From: an uncultured Desulfobacter sp.
GTDB taxonomy: Bacteria; Desulfobacterota; Desulfobacteria; Desulfobacterales; Desulfobacteraceae
Direction of reading: 5' to 3'
NCBI GenBank assembly: GCA_963665095.1
Contig: OY762069.1
Coordinates: forward strand, 6,752,001 to 6,816,000
DNA: 64,000 nt
Positions within the stretch are counted from its first letter, which is position 1, and the number at the start of each line of letters is the position of its first letter. The position numbers and the translations under genes are program-made. Under the pieces are notes generated by a model. The model did not search any database. It saw only the letters and a list, made by a program, of their open reading frames with translations, and was not told the origin of the DNA. This document shows, in pieces, positions 29,210-40,489 of this stretch.

Positions 29210-29653
29210 ATGAAGTATGCACAGGCAAAGTCTGGGCGGGTTTTTGTGGTCCGGCTGGAGGATCAGGAGGTGGTGCATGAAGAGATCGAGCGTTTTGCGC
29301 GGAATCATAACATTAAAGCCGCCTCATTAATTATTCTGGGGGCTGCAGACAGAGGCAGTGTTCTTGTAGCAGGGCCTCAGCAGGCTGATGTGATGCCTGT
29401 TGTGCCTAAAACTTATATGATGGATAATGTTCATGAGGTGGTGGGTGCCGGAACCCTGTTTCCCGATGAAAAGGGTGTCCCTGTCCTTCATATGCACATG
29501 GCCTGTGGAAGGGGAATCAGCAGTGTGGCCGGGTGTGTTCGTAACGGGGTTCGGGTTTGGCAGGTGATGGAGGTCGTGCTTCAGGAACTGGTGGATTTTT
29601 CCGGAACCAGACGCCTGGATTCTGATACCGGGTTTGAACTGCTGGAGCCTTGA
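29210..29653 (+). CDS. PPC/DUF296 domain protein
   Basis: GRVFVVRL, PVLHMH, EVVL.E. Confidence 0.8.
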   Translation: MKYAQAKSGRVFVVRLEDQEVVHEEIERFARNHNIKAASLIILGAADRGSVLVAGPQQADVMPVVPKTYMMDNVHEVVGAGTLFPDEKGVPVLHMHMACGRGISSVAGCVRNGVRVWQVMEVVLQELVDFSGTRRLDSDTGFELLEP

Positions 29654-29725
29654 CATTAAAGGCCGTATCAGTCACTTGTTTTTTGTGGCAATGAAACAAG
29701 TGGAAGGGTTGGCTGAATTTAGGAG

Positions 29726-29764
29726 AAAAATCGTCCCCGGAGCTATACTGGCTGGCGGGGACGA
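29726..29764 (-). terminator. Terminator after ndk
   Basis: TCGTCCCCG...CGGGGACGA preceded by an A-run on +. Confidence 0.65.
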
Positions 29765-29783
29765 GGGATAATATCAGATTGTT

Positions 29784-30203
29784 CTAACGCGCCTGAATTT
29801 CCAGGGCGTTGAAGAAATAACCGATCTCAAATGCGGCAGTTTCCGGGGCATCAGAACCATGAACAACGTTTTTTTCAATATCTGTGGCATATTCTCTACG
29901 GATGGTGCCTTCTTCTGCTTCCTTGAAATTTGTGGCTCCCATCAGTTTGCGGTTTTTGGATATAACATCTTCACCCTCAAGTACCATGACCACAATGGGT
30001 CCCGATGTCATGAAGTCGGTCAGGCTGTCAAAAAAAGGGCGTTCTTTATGAACTGCATAAAAACCCTGGGCCTGGGTTTTGGTCAAGTGAATCATTTTCA
30101 TGGCCGCGATTTTAATGTCATTGGTTTCAAACCGTTTGATAACTTCCCCTATGATGTTTTTGTTTACACCGTCAGGTTTAATAATGGATAGGGTTCTTTC
30201 CAC
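29784..30203 (-). CDS. ndk: Nucleoside diphosphate kinase
   Basis: [17 protein letters not shown]. Confidence 0.97.
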   Translation of the reverse strand: MERTLSIIKPDGVNKNIIGEVIKRFETNDIKIAAMKMIHLTKTQAQGFYAVHKERPFFDSLTDFMTSGPIVVMVLEGEDVISKNRKLMGATNFKEAEEGTIRREYATDIEKNVVHGSDAPETAAFEIGYFFNALEIQAR

Positions 30204-30324
30204 GTGCGTTCCCCTTAAAATAAAAGGTTAATGGTTAATGAATCGGGGTTGATAATTATCACAGGAGCGTATTATAAGTCAAACCCGGCAACTGTTAGAA
30301 ATTGAAGAGAAAAACAAAAATACC

Positions 30325-30948
30325 ATGAGTGAAAAAATATTAAAGATAGGTGTCACAGGCTCGGCCGGCTCAGGCAAGAGTCTGGTTTGTGAGGGATTCA
30401 GGCGTATCGGCCTGGTTACCCTGGATTGTGATCAGATTGCAAGGCAGGTTGTAGAGCCCGGGCAGGCTGCCTATGAGGATGTGGTTAAGGCCTTTGGCCC
30501 TGGCGTGGTGTCCCCGGATCAGACTCTGGACAGGGTCGCGCTGCGAAATATAATAGTTGCCAGTGCAGAACATCGGGAGCAACTTGAATCCATTCTGCAT
30601 CCTGTCATTATCAGTGAGATGGTCCGACAGATGAATGATGCAGTTCATTTGCGGCAAAAATCCTGTGCCGTGGAAGTTCCTCTGTTATTTGAACTGGGAA
30701 TGGAAAAATTGTTTGATGCAACAGTGGTTGTGACTGCGACCCATGATCTCCTTGTGAGTCGGATTTCCAACCGGGATGGCGTGGATCCGGGCGATGCGGC
30801 CAAGATGCTGGATATCCAGATGCCCCAGTCAGAAAAGGTGCGAAAAGCTGATTTTGTAATCGAAAATTCAGGGGACATGGCAGATGTTGTTAAAACAGTG
30901 AAAGTATTGTACCAGAAACTTGTAAAACAGCGCTTGACAAAAGGATAA
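30325..30948 (+). CDS. coaE: Dephospho-CoA kinase
   Basis: GVTGSAGSGKS, LESILHP, EVPLLFE. Confidence 0.95.
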   Translation: MSEKILKIGVTGSAGSGKSLVCEGFRRIGLVTLDCDQIARQVVEPGQAAYEDVVKAFGPGVVSPDQTLDRVALRNIIVASAEHREQLESILHPVIISEMVRQMNDAVHLRQKSCAVEVPLLFELGMEKLFDATVVVTATHDLLVSRISNRDGVDPGDAAKMLDIQMPQSEKVRKADFVIENSGDMADVVKTVKVLYQKLVKQRLTKG

Positions 30949-31117
30949 GAATACCTTAATAGAATTTTGTATTACCAAGTTCCATTATCTGTCCTTTTTT
31001 TTCTGCAGGGTCATGTTGGCTTCAAGCATTGTCAAAAAGGCATCCCAAATATAAAAATAGTTGTGAGTTTCAACACCACCATACCAACCAAACTGATGGA
31101 TCAAATCGGGAGATTGC

Positions 31118-32365
31118 ATGAATCTTGTAGAACTCAATAAGATGAAGATCAGTGAGCTGACCAAGCTTGCCAAAAAATACAATATCCAGGGGATCGGCGG
31201 CCTGAAAAAACAGGAATTGATTTTTGCCCTGCTCCAGGCCAATATTGAGGAAAGCGGTCAAATTTACGGTGAGGGCACCCTTGAAATCCTTCCGGACGGG
31301 TTTGGATTTTTAAGAGCCCCCGGGTATAATTATCTGCCAGGCCCTGATGATATTTATGTGTCTCCTTCACAGATTCGAAGATTCAATTTAAGAACCGGTG
31401 ATACAATTTCAGGGCAGGTTCGCCAGCCAAAAGATTCCGAACGTTATTTTGCCCTGCTTAAGGTGGAAGCGGTTAATTTCATGAATCCTGAACTGGCAGC
31501 AGAAATCATTTTATTTGACAATCTTTTGCCTTTGTATCCGGAGCGCAAGATGAATTTGGAAGCCGAACCGGACAACTACTCCATGCGTGTCATTGATTTG
31601 ATGGCCCCCATCGGGTTTGGTCAGCGCGGCCTGATTGTCTCTCCGCCTAAGGCTGGTAAGACGATGCTGCTTCAAAATATTGCCAATTCGATGATTTGCG
31701 CCCATAAAAATATTGTTCCCATGATTCTTCTTATAGATGAACGTCCGGAGGAAGTAACGGATATGGCCCGTTCCGTGGACGCAGAAGTCATCTCTTCCAC
31801 CTTTGATGAACCTGCAGAACGCCACGTACAGGTGGCCGAGATGGTCATAGAAAAAGCCAAAAGAATTGTGGAGCAGGGACATGATGTGGTGATTCTTCTG
31901 GACAGCATCACTCGTCTGGCCCGGGCTTATAATGCTGTGATGCCCCCGTCAGGAAAAATTCTTTCCGGTGGTGTGGACTCCAATGCCCTGGACCGGCCCA
32001 AACGCTTTTTTGGTGCCGCCAGAAACATAGAGGAAGGTGGCAGTCTGACTATTATCGCCACGGCTTTGGTGGAAACAGGCTCCAGAATGGATGAAGTGAT
32101 TTTTGAAGAGTTCAAGGGTACCGGCAACATGGAGCTTGTGCTTGACAGAAAGCTTGCTGATAAACGGGTGTTCCCTGCCATTGATATGAACAGATCCGGC
32201 ACCCGTAAAGAGGAACTTCTTCTTGAACCTGAAGTGCTGAACCGGGTCTGGATCTTAAGAAAATTGCTTTCCAGTTTAAATTCTGTGGATGCTATGCAGT
32301 TTTTACTTGAAAAAATGGACGGAACAAAGAATAATAAAGAGTTTCTTGAAATGATGAATTCATAG
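31118..32365 (+). CDS. rho: Transcription termination factor Rho
   Basis: [36 protein letters not shown]. Confidence 0.99.
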   Translation: MNLVELNKMKISELTKLAKKYNIQGIGGLKKQELIFALLQANIEESGQIYGEGTLEILPDGFGFLRAPGYNYLPGPDDIYVSPSQIRRFNLRTGDTISGQVRQPKDSERYFALLKVEAVNFMNPELAAEIILFDNLLPLYPERKMNLEAEPDNYSMRVIDLMAPIGFGQRGLIVSPPKAGKTMLLQNIANSMICAHKNIVPMILLIDERPEEVTDMARSVDAEVISSTFDEPAERHVQVAEMVIEKAKRIVEQGHDVVILLDSITRLARAYNAVMPPSGKILSGGVDSNALDRPKRFFGAARNIEEGGSLTIIATALVETGSRMDEVIFEEFKGTGNMELVLDRKLADKRVFPAIDMNRSGTRKEELLLEPEVLNRVWILRKLLSSLNSVDAMQFLLEKMDGTKNNKEFLEMMNS

Positions 32366-32430
32366 CAGGAAATTTTTTTTAACAATATTTAAGTCTTTTA
32401 TAACGAAGACTGCAAGGAGCAACGTGTAAG

Positions 32431-32649
32431 ATGAAAAAAGACATCCATCCGAACTACACAAGAACAACAGCAACCTGTGCCTGCGGTGCAACCTTTGAAG
32501 TAGGGTCTACCAAAGAAAACATCAAGGTGGAAATCTGTTCCCAGTGCCATCCCTTTTTTACCGGCAAACAGAAGCTGGTTGATTCTGCAGGCCGCATTGA
32601 CCGTTTCAAGAAAAAATACGCAGGGTTTGACGCAAGCAAGCTGGTTTAG
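32431..32649 (+). CDS. rpmE: 50S ribosomal protein L31 (Cys-containing type)
   Basis: [23 protein letters not shown]. Confidence 0.97.
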   Translation: MKKDIHPNYTRTTATCACGATFEVGSTKENIKVEICSQCHPFFTGKQKLVDSAGRIDRFKKKYAGFDASKLV

Positions 32650-32671
32650 CTGTTTATATCGACAGTTGTGG

Positions 32672-32700
32672 AAAGGGGTCTTGAATAAAGACCCCTTTTT
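32672..32700 (+). terminator. Terminator after rpmE
   Basis: AAAGGGGTCTT-GAATA-AAGACCCCTTTTT. Confidence 0.8.
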
Positions 32701-32730
32701 GAATTTTCACCCAGGGATGATGGTTTTACC

Positions 32731-33795
32731 ATGATTGAAAAGTTAAAAGGTATTGAAGAGCGCTTTATCAAGCTCGAGCACCTGCTCAGTGATCCGGCAG
32801 TCATGGCGGATCAGAAAAAGTATCAGGAGTATCTCAAGGAACACGGGGAGTTAAATAAAATTGTTCCGGTCTTCCGTGAATTTGAGGGGGCTCAGGGGGA
32901 GCTGACAGAGGCTAAGGAGCTTCTCAAAGACAGTGATCCCGATATCCGGACCATGGCCAAAGAGGAGATCCCTGCGCTTGAATCCAGGATTGTAAAATTA
33001 AAAGAGCAGCTTAATATCCTTTTAATACCTAAAGATCCCAGGGATGAAAAAAATATTATCCTGGAAATCCGGGCCGGTACGGGCGGGGAAGAGGCTGGGA
33101 TTTTTGCTGGGGATCTGTTCCGCATGTATACCCGGTATGCGGAAAGCCGTAACTGGAAAATCGAGATAATTGAAAAAAATGATTCAGCTGCCGGCGGTTT
33201 TAAGGAAGTGGTATCCATGGTCCAGGGGAAAGGTGCCTATTCCCAGTTTAAATATGAGAGTGGGACCCACCGGGTACAGCGCGTGCCAGAGACGGAAACC
33301 CAGGGGCGGGTACATACTTCTGCTGTAACTGTGGCGGTACTGCCCGAGGCAGAGGATGTGGATATAGACATAAACCCGGCGGATCTTAAAGTTGATGTGT
33401 TCCGGTCGTCAGGACCTGGCGGGCAGTCTGTTAACACTACGGACTCTGCGGTTCGTATTACCCACATACCCACAGGTGTCGTAGCTACCTGCCAGGATGA
33501 AAAGTCCCAGCACAAAAATAAAGCCAAGGCGTTAAACGTTCTCAAATCCCGCCTTCTGGATGCCAAAATTCAGGAAGAGGAAGCCAAACGGGCTGCCGAC
33601 AGAAAAGGGCAGGTAGGCACTGGAGACCGGTCCGGGCGAATCCGCACTTATAATTTCCCCCAGGGGCGAATGACTGATCACAGAATCGGGCTTACCCTGT
33701 ATCGACTTGACAGTATCATGGAGGGGGATATTCAGGAAATAGTTGACGCCTTAAGAGCTTATAACCAGGCCCAGGCCCTTAAAGAGATTGGCTGA
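32731..33795 (+). CDS. prfA: Peptide chain release factor 1
   Basis: PET motif (VPETE), GPGGQSVN. Confidence 0.97.
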   Translation: MIEKLKGIEERFIKLEHLLSDPAVMADQKKYQEYLKEHGELNKIVPVFREFEGAQGELTEAKELLKDSDPDIRTMAKEEIPALESRIVKLKEQLNILLIPKDPRDEKNIILEIRAGTGGEEAGIFAGDLFRMYTRYAESRNWKIEIIEKNDSAAGGFKEVVSMVQGKGAYSQFKYESGTHRVQRVPETETQGRVHTSAVTVAVLPEAEDVDIDINPADLKVDVFRSSGPGGQSVNTTDSAVRITHIPTGVVATCQDEKSQHKNKAKALNVLKSRLLDAKIQEEEAKRAADRKGQVGTGDRSGRIRTYNFPQGRMTDHRIGLTLYRLDSIMEGDIQEIVDALRAYNQAQALKEIG

Positions 33796-33812
33796 TCGTC
33801 GGGGGCCGGCTT

Positions 33813-34682
33813 GTGGCAGATGTCTGGACCATAAAATCCCTGCTTTCCTGGACAGATACCTATTTTTTAGATCGAGGAATTGACAGTCCACGGCTTACAG
33901 CTGAGGTGCTCCTGGCTGATGTCCTAGGCCTAAGGCGTCTGGATCTTTACCTGCAGCATGACCGTCCCTTGGAAAAGCAGGAGCTGGCCGACTTTAAGCG
34001 CCTGATTCAGCGTCGGACAGCCAAAGAGCCTGTGGCATATATCATTGGCCGCAAAGGTTTTTTCAAAGAGCAGTTTAAAGTGGGGAGTGGCACACTGATC
34101 CCCCGGCCGGATACAGAGGTGCTAGTGGAAACTGCAGAGGCCTGGCTTGCAGATTTCAGGGCGGAAAACCGGCAGGCTCGGGTGATTGAGCTTGGTGTGG
34201 GATCCGGAGCGGTTATCATCTCTTTGGCCAATCTTTATCCTCAGCATTTGTATTTTGGCTGTGATCTGTCAGGAGATGCCCTTGCCATGACATCTGTCAA
34301 TGCCAAAGAGCTTGCCGAAACGTCCATTGCTCTATTTAAAAGCAACTGGCTGTCAGCTGTGGCATATAGGGCCCAATTTGACCTGATTCTGTCAAATCCG
34401 CCATATATCCCCAGCACGGAGATCGAAAGCCTGGCTCCCGAGATTCGCGATCATGAGCCACGCATGGCTCTGGATGGGGGAAAAGATGGACTGGACGCTG
34501 TCAGGATAATCCTTTTTCAGGCTGGAGACCGGCTTTTTCCCCGGGGACAGCTTATGGTTGAAATAGGGCATGATCAGAAAACTGCTGTGGCAGCCCTTGC
34601 CAAACGATTTACATGGGTTTCTGACGTAATGTTTGTCAAGGACCTTGCCGGCCATCATCGTGTGGCTGTATTTAAAAAATAA
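33813..34682 (+). CDS. prmC: Release factor glutamine methyltransferase
   Basis: LIPRPDTE, ELGVGSG, SNPPYI. Confidence 0.96.
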   Translation: MADVWTIKSLLSWTDTYFLDRGIDSPRLTAEVLLADVLGLRRLDLYLQHDRPLEKQELADFKRLIQRRTAKEPVAYIIGRKGFFKEQFKVGSGTLIPRPDTEVLVETAEAWLADFRAENRQARVIELGVGSGAVIISLANLYPQHLYFGCDLSGDALAMTSVNAKELAETSIALFKSNWLSAVAYRAQFDLILSNPPYIPSTEIESLAPEIRDHEPRMALDGGKDGLDAVRIILFQAGDRLFPRGQLMVEIGHDQKTAVAALAKRFTWVSDVMFVKDLAGHHRVAVFKK

Positions 34683-34734
34683 ATTGATTATTTCAGGTCT
34701 TTTTGATATAGAAATTTGGATTTTGCTTTTGTAT

Positions 34735-34825
34735 GCAAATAACGCACGTTCCTGGACCTTTGATCCGGTGCTTTTTAAAAGTCGATCGCGGGGATGAAGG
34801 GGGCGGAAGAACTTTAAAACCATTG
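34735..34825 (+). ncRNA. rpsB 5' leader (t44/S2 autoregulatory-like)
   Basis: AACGCACG...CCGGTGC...GGGGATG..GCGGAAG...AAACC directly upstream of rpsB; resemblance judged by eye. Confidence 0.45.
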
Positions 34826-34841
34826 AAAAACAGGAGTTAAA

Positions 34842-35711
34842 ATGGCTTACATCACAATTAAAGAATTGCTGGAAGCTGGGGTACATTTCGGACATCAGAC
34901 CAAACGCTGGAATCCCAAAATGAAACGATACATTTTTGGTGCCAGAAACGGGATCTACATTATTGATCTTCAGCAGACAGTAAAGCTGTACAAGCAGGCC
35001 CATGATTTTATCAAAAATATTGCCGCCAACGGCGGGGATGTGTTGTTTGTCGGAACCAAAAAGCAGGCGTCTGAAGCGATTTATGAAGAAGCCAACCGTG
35101 CCGAAACGTATTATGTGGAAAACCGGTGGCTCGGCGGCATGCTGACCAATTTCCAGACTATTAAAAATAATATTTCCCGTTTCCATTTCCTCAACTCCAT
35201 TGAGAATGACGGTACCCTGGAGAATTATCCCAAAAAAGAACAGGCAAAAATGCTCAAGGACAAAGCAAAGCTTGAGTTTGCCATTGGCGGCATCTCCAAT
35301 ATGAAAAGGGTGCCCGCAGCCCTGTTTATTATTGATTCCAAAAATGAGACCATTGCCGTGAAAGAGGCAAAACGTCTGGGAATTCCCATTGTAGCCGTTG
35401 TGGATACTAACTGTGATCCGGATGATATCGATTTCGTGATTCCCGGAAATGACGATGCCATCCGCTCCATTCGGTTGTTTGCTTCAAGAATTGCCGATGC
35501 AGTCATTGAAGGGCGTCAGATCTGGGAGGAAAAGCAGCGTGCGGACACCGACAAGGAAGGGAAAGAGGGAAAGCCTTCAGAGGCTGTCGGTGAAAAGGTG
35601 GGGATTGAAGTTGTTTCCGACGGTACTGATGGCCCGGTCATTGAAAAAATCAAAAGAAAAACAGCTGTTGCCGAAGAGCAGGATGCAGTAGAAACGGCAG
35701 ATGCTGAATAG
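34842..35711 (+). CDS. rpsB: 30S ribosomal protein S2
   Basis: [26 protein letters not shown]. Confidence 0.99.
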   Translation: MAYITIKELLEAGVHFGHQTKRWNPKMKRYIFGARNGIYIIDLQQTVKLYKQAHDFIKNIAANGGDVLFVGTKKQASEAIYEEANRAETYYVENRWLGGMLTNFQTIKNNISRFHFLNSIENDGTLENYPKKEQAKMLKDKAKLEFAIGGISNMKRVPAALFIIDSKNETIAVKEAKRLGIPIVAVVDTNCDPDDIDFVIPGNDDAIRSIRLFASRIADAVIEGRQIWEEKQRADTDKEGKEGKPSEAVGEKVGIEVVSDGTDGPVIEKIKRKTAVAEEQDAVETADAE

Positions 35712-35761
35712 TTTAAATGCAAATAATGATTTTGAAATTACGATAAGGAGCATATTAAAAA

Positions 35762-36358
35762 ATGGCTGAAATTTCTGCACAAATGGTAAAGGAGCTTCGT
35801 GCCGCGACCGGTTCGGGTATCATGGACTGTAAAAAAGTCCTGGCCGAAGCTGACGGAGACATGGACAAGGCAATTGAGCTTCTGCGCAAGAAAGGCCTGG
35901 CAAAGGCTGCCAAGCGTGCCGGTCGTTCCACCAGTGAGGGCATTATTTACTCCTATATTCATACCGGTGCCAAGCTTGGTGTTTTGCTTGAAGTCAATTG
36001 CGAGTCTGACTTTGTGGCCAAAACAGAAGATTTTTCCAATTTTGCCAAAGATATTGCCATGCACATAGCTGCTGCCAATCCGGCAGGCCTGACTTCCGAT
36101 GATGTGGATCCTGTGCTGATTGAAAAAGAGCGTGAAATCTATCGTGCCCAGATGCTGGAAGAGGGCAAGCCCGAGAACATCATTGATAAAATCGTAGATG
36201 GCAAGGTGGAAAAGTTCTATAAAGAGGTCTGCCTGATGAGCCAGCAATATATTAAAGATCCCCAGAAAACCATAGAAGATATCCTGAAGGAAACCATCGG
36301 AAAAATCGGCGAAAATATCCAGATCAAACGATTTGCACGTTTCCAGATAGGAGAATAA
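35762..36358 (+). CDS. tsf: Elongation factor Ts (short form)
   Basis: [23 protein letters not shown]. Confidence 0.98.
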   Translation: MAEISAQMVKELRAATGSGIMDCKKVLAEADGDMDKAIELLRKKGLAKAAKRAGRSTSEGIIYSYIHTGAKLGVLLEVNCESDFVAKTEDFSNFAKDIAMHIAAANPAGLTSDDVDPVLIEKEREIYRAQMLEEGKPENIIDKIVDGKVEKFYKEVCLMSQQYIKDPQKTIEDILKETIGKIGENIQIKRFARFQIGE

Positions 36359-36362
36359 GATC

Positions 36363-37085
36363 TTGGATAAACAACCTGAGTTTCAACGGGTTTTAATCAA
36401 GTTAAGCGGCGAAGCCCTGATGGGAAATCAGGGCTTTGGCATCACGCCTGAAATGATCAACTATGTGGCCGGTGAAGTAGCTAAGGTATATCATCTGGGC
36501 GTGGAGATATCCGTTGTAGTAGGGGGGGGCAATATTTTTCGCGGTGTGGCAGGTTCCTCTGCCGGCATGGACAGGACCTCTGCCGATAATATGGGAATGC
36601 TGGCTACAGTGATCAACAGCCTGGCCCTGTGCGATGCCCTGGAAAAGCATGATATTCCCACCCGGGTCCAGTCTGCTATCCCCATGGACAGGGTGGCTGA
36701 ACCTTTTATCCGCAGAAAGGCCATCCGTCATCTTGAAAAAGGCCGGGTGGTTATTTTTGCAGCCGGTACCGGCAACCCTTATTTCACAACAGATACAGCT
36801 GCCGTGCTTCGGGCCAATGAAGTTCGTGCCCAGATTCTGTTTAAAGCCACCCAGGTGGAGGGCGTCTATGACAAAGATCCCCAGGTCCATGACGATGCTG
36901 TGATGTTTGATAAACTGTCATATATGCGTGTGATTGAAAAGCAGCTGCATGTCATGGATATGACAGCCATTTCCCTGGCTATGGAGCACGACCTTCCTTT
37001 GCAGGTGCTCAATCTTCACAAGGCTGACAATATTTATAAAGCAGTCACAGGCGGGGACATCGGTACACGGATTTACAATACGTAA
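36363..37085 (+). CDS. pyrH: UMP kinase
   Basis: [23 protein letters not shown]. Confidence 0.98.
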   Translation: MDKQPEFQRVLIKLSGEALMGNQGFGITPEMINYVAGEVAKVYHLGVEISVVVGGGNIFRGVAGSSAGMDRTSADNMGMLATVINSLALCDALEKHDIPTRVQSAIPMDRVAEPFIRRKAIRHLEKGRVVIFAAGTGNPYFTTDTAAVLRANEVRAQILFKATQVEGVYDKDPQVHDDAVMFDKLSYMRVIEKQLHVMDMTAISLAMEHDLPLQVLNLHKADNIYKAVTGGDIGTRIYNT

Positions 37086-37213
37086 AATCAGACATTCCTG
37101 TGCTTAAAGTCACAGGTGTATACTTGGCCTGGAATATTAAAACGAGGGTCTTATCTGTTTCAAATGTTTAAGGGTTGCAACCGTTGAATTATTTTTAAGA
37201 AGGATGTGTGGTT

Positions 37214-37771
37214 ATGATTAATGAAGTGCTTGAAGAAACCAGAGAGCGGATGGGAAAATCCGAGAAAGCTTTTGAAAGTGAACTGTCAAAAGTGCGTACC
37301 GGCAGGGCTTCCCAGTCTATGCTTGACAGCGTAAAAGTTGACTACTACGGCACACAGACCCCACTTCCCCAGATGGCCACCATATCGGTTCCTGAAAGCC
37401 GCCTTCTGACTGTAAAACCCTGGGATGCTTCCGTAATCAATGAGGTGGAAAAGGCCATCTTAAAAGCCAATCTCGGATTGACCCCGTCCAATGACGGCAA
37501 GCTGATTCGCATTGCCATTCCCCCTTTGACAGAAGAGCGCAGAAGAGAGATCGTGAAAAGTGTGGCCAAAACCTGTGAGGAATTCAAGGTGGCTGTCAGG
37601 AATATCCGCAGAGATTCCAACGAGATGATTAAAGACCTTCAGAAAGAGGGCGAGGTCTCAGAGGACGACAGCTTTAAAGGCCAGAAGCAGGTTCAAGAGC
37701 TGACAGATACTGCCATTAAAAAGCTGGACGACATTTTTGCCGCCAAGGAAAAGGAGATCCTTGAAGTCTGA
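37214..37771 (+). CDS. frr: Ribosome recycling factor
   Basis: RTGRAS, PPLTEERR, RNIRRD. Confidence 0.98.
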   Translation: MINEVLEETRERMGKSEKAFESELSKVRTGRASQSMLDSVKVDYYGTQTPLPQMATISVPESRLLTVKPWDASVINEVEKAILKANLGLTPSNDGKLIRIAIPPLTEERRREIVKSVAKTCEEFKVAVRNIRRDSNEMIKDLQKEGEVSEDDSFKGQKQVQELTDTAIKKLDDIFAAKEKEILEV

Positions 37772-38498
37772 TTCCCAGCTGCCTGACGCGCTTGATCTCG
37801 ATGCCCTGCCCACCCATGTAGCCTTTATTATGGACGGGAACGGCCGTTGGGCTAAAAAGCGGCTGATGAATCGCGTAAAGGGGCACAGGCAGGGGGTTGA
37901 AACGGTCCGGGACATGGTTTCCGCCTGCGGAAAGTTAGGCATTCCCATGTTGACTCTGTACGCTTTTTCCACTGAAAATTGGGCACGCCCTGCAGATGAG
38001 GTCAGTGCCCTGATGGACCTGCTTAAACGTTTTCTTAAGGACCAAAAGGATGAGCTCCACGAAGAGGGCATTCGACTTAACATCCTGGGGCAGGTGGAAA
38101 GACTCCCCAAAGACGTTCAGAAGGAAGCGGTTCAGGCCCAGGCACTTACGAAAGACAACACAAAATCTACCCTAAATCTTGCCATTAGTTATGGCGCCCG
38201 GGAAGAAATTACCCGGGCAGTCCGCAATATCGGGGCTAAAATCCGGTCAGGTGAACTTGATCCGGAAGATATTACGGATAAAACCATATCTGATCATTTA
38301 TATACAGCAGGGATGCCTGATCCGGATCTGATTATCCGAACATCTGCTGAATTCAGGCTGTCAAATTTTTTAATGTGGCAGGCCGCCTATTCCGAGCTTA
38401 CATTTACCCCAACACTGTGGCCTGATTTTACCAAGCAGGAGTTCTACAACATCTTAATTGACTATCAACAACGCGATCGTCGGTTCGGGAAAGTGTAA
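37761..38498 (+). CDS. uppS: Undecaprenyl diphosphate synthase
   Basis: IMDGNGRWA, FSTENW.RP, RLSNFLMWQ; TTG start after AAGGAG. Confidence 0.97.
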   Translation: MKSDSQLPDALDLDALPTHVAFIMDGNGRWAKKRLMNRVKGHRQGVETVRDMVSACGKLGIPMLTLYAFSTENWARPADEVSALMDLLKRFLKDQKDELHEEGIRLNILGQVERLPKDVQKEAVQAQALTKDNTKSTLNLAISYGAREEITRAVRNIGAKIRSGELDPEDITDKTISDHLYTAGMPDPDLIIRTSAEFRLSNFLMWQAAYSELTFTPTLWPDFTKQEFYNILIDYQQRDRRFGKV

Positions 38499-39313
38499 TG
38501 CAGCACTTAAAACGATGGATAACCGCTTTAATTCTCATCCCGTGCCTGCTATGGGTCATTATCAAAGGCTCCATCCTGCTTTTTGCCGCCTTGGTATCTG
38601 TGGCAGCGGCTTTATCCATCCGTGAATACCTTGATATTATCTGTGCCAATGATACCGGGCCCGTATCACACGCCACCCGAATTATCTCATATACCGCATG
38701 CATGACGCTGGTCATGGGGGCTTGTCTGGGATCCTGGCAGGTGCTTTTTTTCATCCTTGCGTTGGATATGATGGCCCTTTGCGTGTTTGTACTCTGGCGG
38801 TTTTCAGTGACCCCACATATTTTTGATCTTGTGGCCCGGCAGGTGCTTGGCGTTGTTTATATTCCATTGTCCATGGCTCTTCTGGTGTTTATCCGGGAAA
38901 TGGATCAGGGGACCTGGTGGATCATCTGGCTTTTGATTGTCTGTTTTGCCAATGATACAGGGGCACTGTATGTCGGCACATTTAAGGGTAAACATAAGCT
39001 GGCCCCTAAAATCAGTCCTAATAAAACCATTGAAGGGGCTGTGGGGGGTATGGCAGTTTCTGTGACGGCCGGCTTTATTTTCAATCTTTTCTTTTTTAAA
39101 GATTTTCCCCTTGCACTGACTGGTATTTTTTGCGCTTTGATGGTTGCTGCTGCCGGCCAGATCGGCGATCTGTTTGAATCCGCCATGAAGCGCGTTGGGC
39201 ACATCAAGGATTCAGGCCGGCTTCTGCCAGGTCATGGTGGGATGCTGGACCGCATTGACGGGTTGCTTTTAGCCATACCGGTTTTTTATTTCTTTCAGGT
39301 GTTTGTTCTTTGA
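38498..39313 (+). CDS. cdsA: Phosphatidate cytidylyltransferase
   Basis: SPNKTIEG, GDLFES..KR...KDSG..LPGHGG.LDR.D. Confidence 0.96.
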   Translation: MQHLKRWITALILIPCLLWVIIKGSILLFAALVSVAAALSIREYLDIICANDTGPVSHATRIISYTACMTLVMGACLGSWQVLFFILALDMMALCVFVLWRFSVTPHIFDLVARQVLGVVYIPLSMALLVFIREMDQGTWWIIWLLIVCFANDTGALYVGTFKGKHKLAPKISPNKTIEGAVGGMAVSVTAGFIFNLFFFKDFPLALTGIFCALMVAAAGQIGDLFESAMKRVGHIKDSGRLLPGHGGMLDRIDGLLLAIPVFYFFQVFVL

Positions 39314-40470
39314 AGTCACTATCCATACTGGGTTCCACCGGTTCCATCGGTACATCTGCCCTTAAGGTGGTTCGCATGCATCCGGATAAATTCCGAGTAA
39401 AATGTATGACCTGTGCTACCAATGTGAGAGTTCTGGCGGAACAGATCCAGGATTTTAAACCTGAAATGGTGGCGGTTCTGGATGCCAGGGGGGCTGATGA
39501 GCTTGCCCTGAGTCTGGCAGGGCAATATCTGCCCGAGATCTTATGGGGTGAGTCCGGGTTTATTGCCGCGGCTCAGTGGGATGAGACTGACATGGTGCTT
39601 GCTGCCATGGTGGGCGCTGCCGGCCTGGTACCGGCTCTTGCTGCCATTGATGCCGGCAAACAGATTGCGCTTGCCAATAAGGAGACCCTTGTGATGGCCG
39701 GTGATATTGTTATGGCCAGGGCAAAGGAAAAGGGTGTGGCGATTCTTCCCGTTGACTCTGAACACTGTGCCATATTTCAGTGCCTTCAGGGCAACCGTGC
39801 CAGGGATCTTGAGACAATCTTTTTAACCGCTTCAGGCGGTCCTTTTCGAAATCTTGCCTATGATCAGTTCGAGACTATCACTCCGGCCAGAGCGTTAGAC
39901 CATCCCACCTGGAATATGGGAGCCAAAATCTCCATTGATTCGGCCACGCTGATGAACAAAGCCCTTGAAATTATAGAGGCTGTAAAGCTGTTCAGTGTTA
40001 CCCATGATAATATTCAAGTTCTTGTCCACCCCCAGAGCATTGTCCACTCCATGGTGGGGTTTAAGGACGGTGGTATCATGGCACAGTTGGGCCAGCCGGA
40101 TATGATGCATGCCATAGCCTATGCCTTTTCTTATCCAGAGCGGCTGGACCTGGCATTGGCATTTCCCGATTTTTCCGGGCTTAACGGTTTAACCTTTGAT
40201 GCCCCGGACACCAAAAAATTCCCCTCCCTGGAATTTGCCTTTGAGGCCTGCCGACGGGGCGGAACAATGCCTGCCGTCATGAATGCTGCCAATGAAGTGG
40301 CTGTTGACGCATTTCTTAAAGAGCGCATCCGTTTCTTGGACATTTTCACACTGATCAGCGAAGTCATGGGAACCCATAGCTGCATTGACAATCCTGAGCT
40401 TTCAGGTATTATTGAGGCCGACTCCTGGGCCAGGGAAAAAGCGGTTTCCCTGATCCAGCGTCTGGCGTAA
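39310..40470 (+). CDS. dxr: 1-deoxy-D-xylulose 5-phosphate reductoisomerase
   Basis: LGSTGSIG, ANKE, PVDSEH, HPTWNMG.KI.IDSAT. Confidence 0.98.
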   Translation: MKSLSILGSTGSIGTSALKVVRMHPDKFRVKCMTCATNVRVLAEQIQDFKPEMVAVLDARGADELALSLAGQYLPEILWGESGFIAAAQWDETDMVLAAMVGAAGLVPALAAIDAGKQIALANKETLVMAGDIVMARAKEKGVAILPVDSEHCAIFQCLQGNRARDLETIFLTASGGPFRNLAYDQFETITPARALDHPTWNMGAKISIDSATLMNKALEIIEAVKLFSVTHDNIQVLVHPQSIVHSMVGFKDGGIMAQLGQPDMMHAIAYAFSYPERLDLALAFPDFSGLNGLTFDAPDTKKFPSLEFAFEACRRGGTMPAVMNAANEVAVDAFLKERIRFLDIFTLISEVMGTHSCIDNPELSGIIEADSWAREKAVSLIQRLA

Positions 40471-40489
40471 ACCAACCAGGAAGGCCGAT

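Noticed and set aside
34392..35186. 264-aa minus-strand ORF and the many similar antisense ORFs over mutS, hutI, purL and ftsK
   Set aside because: Shadow frames of conserved genes with no independent motifs.
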